Positions 17,483 to 24,000 of a stretch of 24,000 nucleotides of DNA are shown here, piece by piece (the stretch's first letter is position 1; each line of letters starts with the position of its first letter). Made by a program: the position numbers and the translations under genes. The notes beneath the pieces are model-generated. The model was not told where the DNA came from. It did no database searches and worked only from the letters and a program-made list of their open reading frames with translations. The stretch lies in contig NZ_CDCG01000037.1 in NCBI RefSeq assembly GCF_000819845.1, forward strand, positions 239,625-263,624, in the 5' to 3' direction. The stretch is from Aeromonas enteropelogenes. GTDB lineage: Bacteria; Pseudomonadota; Gammaproteobacteria; Enterobacterales; Aeromonadaceae.

Positions 17483-18778
17483 ATGAGTCATTCAGACAAC
17501 CAGTCAAACCAGGCCTGGCAGGCCCGCCGTGAAGCCGCCGTGGTGAACGGCGTCGGTACCCTGCTACCGGTCTTTATCGACAAGGCGCAGAATGCCGAGC
17601 TGTGGGACATCGAGGGCAACCGCTACATCGATTTCGCCTCCGGCATCGCCGTGCTCAACACCGGCCACAACCACCCGAAAGTGGTGGCGGCGGTGCAGGC
17701 CCAACTGGAGAAATTCAGCCACACCTGCTTCCAGGTCACCCCCTACCCCGGCTATATCGAGCTGGCGGAAAAGTTGAATGCCCTGGTGCCCGGCTCCACA
17801 TCGAAGCGCACCCTGTTTCTCTCTACCGGCGCCGAGGCGGTGGAGAACGCCATCAAGATCGCACGCGCCCACACCGGCCGCAGCGGTACCATCGCCTTCA
17901 AGGGGGGCTTTCACGGCCGCACCATGATGGGCATGGCTCTGACCGGCAAGGTGGTTCCCTACAAGACCGGCTTCGGCCCCTTCCCGGGCGAGGTCTACCA
18001 CATCCCCTTCCCCGCCGACTATCTGGGGGTGAGTGAAGAGGATGCCCTGCAGGCCCTCGACCTCTGCTTCAGCGCCGACATCGAACCGAACCGGGTGGCC
18101 GCCATCATCCTCGAACCGGTTCAGGGTGAAGGTGGCTTCTATCCCGCCTCCCCCCGCTTCATGCAGAGCCTGCGCCGCATCTGCGATCAGCACGGCATCC
18201 TGCTGATCTGCGACGAGATCCAGAGCGGTTTCTGCCGCACCGGCAAGACCTTCGCCACCGAGTATGCCGGCATCGAGCCGGACATCATGACCCTGGCCAA
18301 GAGCCTGGCCGGCGGCTTCCCCCTCTCCGCCGTGGTAGGCAAGGCCGACATCATGAACTCGGCCAAGCCGGGTGGCCTGGGCGGCACCTATGCCGGCTCC
18401 CCCATCGCCTGCGCCGCCGCCCTGGCGGTCCTGGAGGTGATCGAAGAGGAGCAGCTCAACCAGAAGGCGCAGGCCCAGGGCGAGCAGATCAAGGCAGGAC
18501 TGCAACGCATAGCCGAGCGTTTTGACTGCATAGGTCAAATTCGCGGCCCCGGCGCCATGGTGGCCATGGAGCTGGTGAAGCAGCGCGATGCCGCCCAGCC
18601 GGATCCCGACCTCACCAAGCGTCTGGTGACCGAGGCGGGCAGGCGCGGTCTGGTCCTGTTGTCATGCGGTGTGCGCGCAAATGTCATCCGTTTTCTCGCC
18701 CCCCTGACCGCCCCTGCGTCCGTGATTGACGAAGGGCTGCAAATCCTTGAAAAGTCACTGGAGGCCGTGCTGGACTGA
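17483..18778 (+). CDS. gabT: 4-aminobutyrate aminotransferase (GabT/PuuE-like)
   Basis: FIDKAQNAELWDIEGNRYIDFASGIAVLNTGHNHPKV; LLICDEIQSGFCRTGKTFATEYAGIEPDIMTLAKSLAGGFPLSAVVGKADIM. Confidence 0.9.
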   Translation: MSHSDNQSNQAWQARREAAVVNGVGTLLPVFIDKAQNAELWDIEGNRYIDFASGIAVLNTGHNHPKVVAAVQAQLEKFSHTCFQVTPYPGYIELAEKLNALVPGSTSKRTLFLSTGAEAVENAIKIARAHTGRSGTIAFKGGFHGRTMMGMALTGKVVPYKTGFGPFPGEVYHIPFPADYLGVSEEDALQALDLCFSADIEPNRVAAIILEPVQGEGGFYPASPRFMQSLRRICDQHGILLICDEIQSGFCRTGKTFATEYAGIEPDIMTLAKSLAGGFPLSAVVGKADIMNSAKPGGLGGTYAGSPIACAAALAVLEVIEEEQLNQKAQAQGEQIKAGLQRIAERFDCIGQIRGPGAMVAMELVKQRDAAQPDPDLTKRLVTEAGRRGLVLLSCGVRANVIRFLAPLTAPASVIDEGLQILEKSLEAVLD

Positions 18779-18803
18779 CCAGCATGAAAGTGACCGCTCA
18801 CCA

Positions 18804-19013
18804 GTGCAAATAAATGCAATTTTGCCCCTTTTATCGCTTGTCAAGGGGGCCCTGCAAATGCACAATGCGCGGCCACTGAAAGTACCGGTGCAGCCCAGCG
18901 GCATCGGTACTTTTTTCACAGTGAACAAATCCATAAACGAGGCCGGATCACCCCCGGAAAAGATAGCGAGATTGGCAGCAATCTCCCGACACCAAGTCTT
19001 AGTGAGGAACAAC
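18804..19013 (+). promoter_or_regulatory. Conserved 5' leader (copy A) with terminator and hairpins upstream of permease A
   Basis: Aligns block by block with 20921-21125: GTGCAA...AATGC, GCTTGTCA-GGGGG, CGCGGCCA.TGAA, terminator, GAGGCCGG...CCGGAA, GCGAGATTG..CAATCTCCCGAC. Confidence 0.75.
18880..18916 (+). terminator. Intrinsic terminator inside leader A (attenuator candidate)
   Basis: AAGTACCGGTGC-AGCCCAGCG-GCATCGGTACTT stem followed by TTTT. Confidence 0.85.
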
Positions 19014-19145
19014 ATGGGGCATGTCAATGCTTTCCTGCCGGCCCTGGCCGGTGCGCGCCACCCTGGCGCCCTTGATCCCCGGGCCACTCTCCCGGTTTCG
19101 TTGATGGACCGTGCCACCCCGGCACTGCGTGAGGAACAGGCATGA
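19014..19145 (+). CDS. Conserved small ORF (43 aa) translationally coupled to permease A
   Basis: [43 protein letters not shown]; SD GAGGA upstream; stop overlaps the permease ATG (ATGA, 19142-19145); homologous to the small ORF at 21126. Confidence 0.7.
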   Translation: MGHVNAFLPALAGARHPGALDPRATLPVSLMDRATPALREEQA

Positions 19146-20494
19146 TGACAACCCCGGCGGTTGGTCTGAAAAAGACCCTGAAACTCTGGCAGGTCGTGGT
19201 CATGGGCCTGGCTTACCTCACTCCCATGGCAGTGTTCGACACCTTCGGCATCGTCACCGAGATCACCGACGGCCATGTGCCGACGGCCTATCTGTTTGCC
19301 CTGATGGGCATGCTGTTCACCGCCCTGAGCTATGGCCATCTGGTACGCAAGTTCCCGTCGGCCGGTTCTGCCTATACCTATGCCCAGAAGGTGTTTCACC
19401 CCTATGTGGGCTTCATGGTGGGCTGGACCTCCCTGCTCGACTACATGTTCATGCCGATGATCAACATGCTGCTGGCCAAGATCTATCTGGAGGCCCTGTT
19501 CCCGAACGTGGAGCCCTGGACCTACATCTTTGGTCTGGCCGCCGTGATGACGGCCCTCAACCTGCGCGGCATCAAGCTGGTGGCCAACTTCAACAGCCTG
19601 ATCGTCATGATGCAGTTCAGCATCATCGCCGTCTTCATCGGCCTCATCGCCTGGGGCGTCTACAACGGTGAAGGGTTGGGAACCGTGGCCAGCAGCCGTC
19701 CCTTCTTCTCCGAGCAGATGCACATCAACCCCCTGCTGACCGGCGCCTCCATCCTGTGTCTGTCGTTCCTGGGTTTTGATGCCATCAGCACCCTGTCGGA
19801 AGAGACCCCGGACGCGGATCGGGTGATCCCCCGCGCCATCGTGCTGACCGCGCTGATCGGCGGCGTGCTGTTCGTCACCACCTCCTACTTCCTGCAGCTG
19901 TTCTTCCCGGACATCTCCCGCTTCCAGCAACCGGATGCGGTCCTGCCCGAGATTGCCCTCTACGTGGGTGGCAAGCTGTTCCAGGCGGTGGTGCTGGTGT
20001 GCACGACAGTGGCAGTGCTGGCCTCGGGGCTGGCCTCCCACGCCGGCGTGTCGCGCCTGCTCTACGTGATGGGTCGGGATCGCGCCCTGCCTGCGCGCTT
20101 CTTCTCCTATATCCATCCGAAGTGGCAGACCCCGGCGCTCAACGTGCTGCTGGTGGGCACCCTGGCCCTCTCCGCCGTGTCGTTTGATCTGGAGATCGCC
20201 CTGGCCCTGATCAACTTCGGCGCCCTGGTGGCCTTCACCTTCGTCAACCTGGCGGTCATTGCCCACTTCTATGTGAAGCTCGGTCGCAACAAGACCCTGA
20301 AGGATCACCTGCTGTTCCTGGTGATGCCCCTGTGCGGCGCCGCCTGCATCGGGGTACTGTGGCTCAACCTCGAGCCCTCCTCCTTCGAGCTGGGGCTGAT
20401 CTGGGCGGCGCTCGGTGCCCTCTACCTGTTCCTGCGTCTGGTGGTGTTCCGCATTCCGCTGCACACCGCCGACAAGGTCGAGGTGGCCCAGTAA
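19142..20494 (+). CDS. APC superfamily amino acid/polyamine permease (PuuP-like), paralogue A
   Basis: [33 protein letters not shown]...[32 protein letters not shown]...[26 protein letters not shown]; about 12 hydrophobic segments. Confidence 0.9.
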   Translation: MMTTPAVGLKKTLKLWQVVVMGLAYLTPMAVFDTFGIVTEITDGHVPTAYLFALMGMLFTALSYGHLVRKFPSAGSAYTYAQKVFHPYVGFMVGWTSLLDYMFMPMINMLLAKIYLEALFPNVEPWTYIFGLAAVMTALNLRGIKLVANFNSLIVMMQFSIIAVFIGLIAWGVYNGEGLGTVASSRPFFSEQMHINPLLTGASILCLSFLGFDAISTLSEETPDADRVIPRAIVLTALIGGVLFVTTSYFLQLFFPDISRFQQPDAVLPEIALYVGGKLFQAVVLVCTTVAVLASGLASHAGVSRLLYVMGRDRALPARFFSYIHPKWQTPALNVLLVGTLALSAVSFDLEIALALINFGALVAFTFVNLAVIAHFYVKLGRNKTLKDHLLFLVMPLCGAACIGVLWLNLEPSSFELGLIWAALGALYLFLRLVVFRIPLHTADKVEVAQ

Positions 20495-20522
20495 GTCTGT
20501 GCGAGCATGAATGTACTGAATC

Positions 20523-20548
20523 AAAAGGAGCCTTTAGGCTCCTTTTTT
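20523..20548 (+). terminator. Intrinsic terminator after permease A
   Basis: AAAAGGAGCC-TTTA-GGCTCCTTTTTT. Confidence 0.9.
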
Positions 20549-20920
20549 CATGCCTGATTGAAAGCCTGATAAAAAATCCCTTTGTACTCAATTCCCTGGC
20601 TTGCCCCTCTTGCCCCCACCACCCATGACCAGAAACGGTGTTCACCCGGATAAAGTGACCATTTATTCGCGCCTCTCTCCTCCCTTGTGCCGGTCGCCAG
20701 AGCGGGGGCCATGCACCAGACAGGCCCCCTGCCAACAAACCGGAAGAGGCCACCCGGCCCGGGCGCCTCTTCCTGTGTCAATGCGCCCTGCAGCGGCGAA
20801 ATGGCGAGATTCCGTACTGGATGAGAGCGAGGTTCCCTCATCCAACGTGACCTGAAAAACGGGGAGAAAGGCTGCATGATGGCAACAGGGGGAGAGTGAT
20901 CGCTTACCTGTCAAAGCAGA

Positions 20921-21125
20921 GTGCAAAAAAATGCGATCCGGCGCCCATTATTGCTTGTCACGGGGGGGCCACGAATGCAAAATACGCGGCCAATTGAAGA
21001 ACCGATGTTCCTTGCAACATCGGTTCTTTCTTTTGGGCAGAACACCAAACCAACCACAGAGGCCGGAAACCTTCCGGAAGTGATACCGAGATTGCCAACA
21101 ATCTCCCGACGTTAAGAGGAAAAAA
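20921..21125 (+). promoter_or_regulatory. Conserved 5' leader (copy B) with terminator and hairpins upstream of permease B
   Basis: Shares ordered sequence blocks and hairpins with 18804-19013. Confidence 0.75.
20997..21034 (+). terminator. Intrinsic terminator inside leader B (attenuator candidate)
   Basis: AAGAACCGATGTT-CCTTGC-AACATCGGTTCTT, 13-bp perfect stem followed by TCTTTT. Confidence 0.9.
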
Positions 21126-21266
21126 ATGGGGCGTTTCAATGCTTTCCTGCCGGCCAACACCGGTATGCGCCTCCCCGGCGCCCTTGATGTACAGGTCTGC
21201 GAATTTTTCGTCTCCCTGTGCGCGTTGCAAGCATGTGCTCCGGCACTGATTGAGGAGAAAGCGTAA
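21126..21266 (+). CDS. Conserved small ORF (46 aa) translationally coupled to permease B
   Basis: [46 protein letters not shown]; SD AAGAGGA; TAATG stop/start overlap with the permease at 21266. Confidence 0.7.
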   Translation: MGRFNAFLPANTGMRLPGALDVQVCEFFVSLCALQACAPALIEEKA

Positions 21267-22615
21267 TGGCATCTCAAGGCGCCAAGCTGCTCAAGACCCT
21301 GACCCTGACTCAGGTTATCGTAATGGGTCTCGCCTATCTGACCCCCATGGCCGTATTCGACACCTTCGCCATCGTCGGTGACATCACCGAAGGCCGGGTC
21401 GCCACCGCCTACCTGCTGGCGCTGGGCGGCATCCTGCTGACCGCCCTCAGCTATGGCCACCTGGTGCGCAAATTCCCCTCCGCGGGCTCTGCCTATACCT
21501 ATGCCCAGAAGGTGTTCAACCCCTACGTCGGTTTCATGGTCGGTTGGTCATCCCTGCTCGACTACATGTTCATGCCGATGATCAACATCCTGCTGGCCAA
21601 GATCTACCTGACCGCCATGTTCCCGGGTGTCGATCCCTGGATCTTCATCTTCGGCCTGGTGACCGTGATGACCTTCCTCAACCTGCGCGGTATCAACCTG
21701 GTGGCCAACTTCAACGGCGCCATCGTCTTTATCCAGCTCGCCATCATCGTCGTCTTCATTGGCCTGATGGGCTGGGGCCTCTACCATGGAGAGGGTGCCG
21801 CCACCCTGATGAGCAGCCGGCCGTTCCACTTCGAGAGCGCCAGCATGGTGCCACTCTTTACCGGTGCGACCATCCTCTGCTTCTCTTTCCTCGGTTTCGA
21901 CGGCCTCAGTTCCCTCAGTGAAGAGACCCCGAACGCCGGCAAGGTGATCCCCAAGGCGATCGTGCTGACCGCCCTCATCGGTGGCGTCATCTTCGTGGTG
22001 GTCTCCTACTGCCTGCAGCTCTATTTCCCGGATCTGGCCCGCTTCAAGGAGCCGGACGCCGTGCTGCCCGAGATCGCTCTCTACGTGGGCGGCACCCTGT
22101 TCCAGAGCATCGTACTGGTGTGCACCACGGTCGCCGTACTGGCCTCCGGCATGGCGGCCCACGCCGGTGTCTCCCGCATCCTCTACGTGATGGGCCGCGA
22201 TCGCATGATCCCGGAGCGGGTGTTTGGTTACATTCACCCCAAATACCGCACCCCGGCCATCAACGTGCTACTGGTGGGCGCCCTGGCCCTCTCCGCGGTG
22301 TCGTTCGATCTGGACATGGCGCTGGCGCTGGTGAACTTCGGTGCCCTGGTGGCCTTCACCTTCGTCAACCTGTCGGTCATCGGCCAATTCTGGGTCCGCG
22401 AAAAGCGCAACAAGAGCCTGAAAGATCACCTGATCTACCTGCTGCTGCCGCTGCTTGGCGCCGCCACCATCGGCGCCCTGTGGATCAACCTGGAGCAGAG
22501 CTCCCTGGAGCTGGGTCTGATCTGGGCTGGCCTCGGCGTCACCTACCTGTTCCTGCGTCTGGCGGTGTTCCGCATCCCGTTCCGCCAGTACGAAGAGGCG
22601 ACCGACGCTCAATAA
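21266..22615 (+). CDS. APC superfamily amino acid/polyamine permease (PuuP-like), paralogue B
   Basis: Closely similar throughout to the 19142-20494 product, e.g. [67 protein letters not shown]. Confidence 0.9.
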   Translation: MASQGAKLLKTLTLTQVIVMGLAYLTPMAVFDTFAIVGDITEGRVATAYLLALGGILLTALSYGHLVRKFPSAGSAYTYAQKVFNPYVGFMVGWSSLLDYMFMPMINILLAKIYLTAMFPGVDPWIFIFGLVTVMTFLNLRGINLVANFNGAIVFIQLAIIVVFIGLMGWGLYHGEGAATLMSSRPFHFESASMVPLFTGATILCFSFLGFDGLSSLSEETPNAGKVIPKAIVLTALIGGVIFVVVSYCLQLYFPDLARFKEPDAVLPEIALYVGGTLFQSIVLVCTTVAVLASGMAAHAGVSRILYVMGRDRMIPERVFGYIHPKYRTPAINVLLVGALALSAVSFDLDMALALVNFGALVAFTFVNLSVIGQFWVREKRNKSLKDHLIYLLLPLLGAATIGALWINLEQSSLELGLIWAGLGVTYLFLRLAVFRIPFRQYEEATDAQ

Positions 22616-22635
22616 TGGCGCGGATACCGGATAGC

Positions 22636-22663
22636 AAAAGGGGAGCGACTGGCTCCCCTTTTT
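22636..22663 (+). terminator. Intrinsic terminator after permease B
   Basis: AAAAGGGGAGC-GACTG-GCTCCCCTTTTT. Confidence 0.9.
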
Positions 22664-22706
22664 AATGCGCTGGCCTGGGTGACGGCGCTCCCCGGCCTCT
22701 TATCCG

Positions 22707-23276
22707 TCAGTATGTTCCCGTGTGGCGCAGCACTGCCTTGCCCGCCGCCTTGAGCGGATCATCCACCACGTTATCGACCCGATCCTTGGCGTTGCGTGCC
22801 TTGTGGTAGGCCTCATCCACCCCGGTCGCCTCGGCCGCCTTGCGCTTGGCGTAATCCCCCGGGTTCTCTACCGCATTCTCGACCCGTTGTTTGGTGTTGC
22901 GTGCCCTGTTGTAGGCTTCATCGACCCCGGCCGCCTCGGCCGCCTTGCGCTTGGCGTAATCCCCCGGGTTCTCTACCGCATTCTCGACCCGCTGCTTGGT
23001 GTTGCGCGCCTTGTTGTAGGCTTCATCGACCCCGGTCGCCTCGGCCGCCTTGCGCTTGGCGTAATCCCCCGGGTTCTCTACCGCATTCTCGACCCGCTGC
23101 TTGGTGCTGGCCGCCGAGCAGCGGCTGTTGACGCCGGTCGCGCTGTTGACCGCGGAACCTATCGCCACATCCTTGGCGCTGCAACCGGAGGAAAGAAGAT
23201 TGGCCTGGGACGGCAGGGAGGCCAGCGCCAGAGGCAGGAGGAGAAGGGACCAATGTTTTATGACAGAGTGCTTCAT
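22707..23276 (-). CDS. Exported charged repeat protein with three 35-aa repeats
   Basis: Signal peptide MKHSVIKHWSLLLLPLALASLPSQA; three copies of TKQRVENAVENPGDYAKRKAAEATGVDEAYNKARN; C-terminal DDPLKAAGKAVLRHTGTY. Confidence 0.8.
   Translation of the reverse strand: MKHSVIKHWSLLLLPLALASLPSQANLLSSGCSAKDVAIGSAVNSATGVNSRCSAASTKQRVENAVENPGDYAKRKAAEATGVDEAYNKARNTKQRVENAVENPGDYAKRKAAEAAGVDEAYNRARNTKQRVENAVENPGDYAKRKAAEATGVDEAYHKARNAKDRVDNVVDDPLKAAGKAVLRHTGTY
22806..23110 (-). repeat. Tandem ~105-bp repeats (about 3 copies) within the repeat-protein gene
   Basis: GTAGGC(C/T)TCATC(C/G)AC anchor recurs at 22806, 22911 and 23016, exactly 105 bp apart. Confidence 0.9.
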
Positions 23277-23421
23277 GACAGACTCACCATTGCTAATAAC
23301 ATGACGCAGCAGTGTACCCTCCCAGGCCCGGCCTTGGCACCGGATAGCTCCTTTATGCTCTTTAGGCTCCTCTGAGCCCGCTTTCTCCGTCAGTTTTTAA
23401 CGCGCCGATGACCTGCCAAAC

Positions 23422-23443
23422 AAAAAGGGAGCCATTGGCTCCC
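23422..23443 (-). terminator. Intrinsic terminator downstream of the 23486-23818 gene
   Basis: AAAGGGAGCC-ATT-GGCTCCCTTT; minus-strand readout continues CCCTTTTTGTTTG. Confidence 0.8.
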
Positions 23444-23485
23444 TTTCTTGCGCTACACGGCATACCGCTGGCGACTCCCAGCCAC

Positions 23486-23818
23486 TTAGCCCTTGTTGAC
23501 CACGGCGGTGGCGGCCGACTTGACCGGATCCTTCACCACCTTCTTCACGTCCTTGCTGGTCTGCTTGATATCGTCGCGCGTCTCCTTGAGGCCATCTGTC
23601 TTGTTGTCGATCGTCTCGGCGGTGTTCTTCTTCACCTCTTTCACTTCTTTCTTGGCGTCCTTGGTCTTCTGCTCCACCAGCTTGTCGGTATCACAGCGTC
23701 CCTTGACCCCCAGGGTCGCGTTGAGGGCTTCGTTTTTGGCCGCTTTTTCGAGATTGCACTCGGCCTGCACGCCGGCAGACAGCAACCCCAGGGAAACAAA
23801 CAGTATCCATGCACGCAT
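23486..23818 (-). CDS. Small exported lysine-rich hypothetical protein
   Basis: MRAWILFVSLGLLSAGVQAECNLEKAAKNEALNATLGVKGRCDTDKLVEQKTKDAKKEVKEVKKNTAETIDNKTDGLKETRDDIKQTSKDVKKVVKDPVKSAATAVVNKG; start moved to 23818 because of the signal peptide. Confidence 0.7.
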   Translation of the reverse strand: MRAWILFVSLGLLSAGVQAECNLEKAAKNEALNATLGVKGRCDTDKLVEQKTKDAKKEVKEVKKNTAETIDNKTDGLKETRDDIKQTSKDVKKVVKDPVKSAATAVVNKG

Positions 23819-24000
23819 GACAGCACCACTCTCTTTGATGGAAGAAACAGCAGCCAGCATATAACGCTGGTGGCCAAGCACAAGCACGAATACGAACGGA
23901 GCCCTTCATCATCAGGCCCAGGAAGAGGAGCCGACAGTTTCTGACCGATTTCGCCAAAAAAGATCTCCCCGGGCGGTCAACCAGCGCACGGGGTCATGTC

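Noticed and set aside
18755-20524. 589-aa minus-strand ORF antisense to the permease A gene
   Set aside because: Shadow ORF in high-GC DNA; low-complexity His/Gln/Gly-rich translation, opposite a clear APC transporter gene.
22806-23110. Tandem repeats considered as a CRISPR array
   Set aside because: 105-bp contiguous coding repeats without unique spacers; no cas genes nearby.
22722-23375. 217-aa plus-strand ORF with repeats antisense to the 35-aa repeat protein
   Set aside because: It shows periodicity only because the opposite strand has 105-bp repeats; the minus-strand product has a signal peptide and sensible composition.

Overview
High-GC gammaproteobacterial chromosomal window; gene content and protein style suggest Aeromonas (inference). 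Left part: 5' end of a sugar epimerase, TrmO, cytochrome b561, a bactofilin, a PhoP/PhoQ-like two-component pair, a YqhA-like membrane protein, a small AT-rich ORF, a YgiN-like monooxygenase and a GNAT acetyltransferase. Centre (about 7.3-13.5 kb): the most notable locus. Five collinear genes encode two secreted proteins, each with three spaced imperfect ~29-aa G..G.N...G..NxQxN repeats, then a C39-like peptidase, a small exported protein with degenerate copies of the same motif, and a coiled-coil/beta-barrel outer-membrane protein. This matches the logic of the Pseudomonas Fap functional-amyloid system, but with a divergent layout (no FapA-like gene, no cysteine in the two fibre-like proteins). 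It lies downstream of a divergently transcribed sigma-54 activator. A near-consensus -24/-12 promoter, a perfect 16-bp palindrome and a candidate Fur box occupy the intergenic region. Right part: polyamine/GABA catabolism genes (PuuB, PuuR, GabD, GabT/PuuE) and two tandem paralogous APC permeases. Each permease is preceded by a duplicated ~205-210-nt leader containing an intrinsic terminator, two conserved hairpins and a conserved small ORF (43/46 aa) that overlaps the permease start codon. This is a strong candidate for an undescribed attenuation or leader-peptide regulatory element. The window ends with two small exported charged proteins on the minus strand, one built of three exact-period 105-bp (35-aa) repeats.
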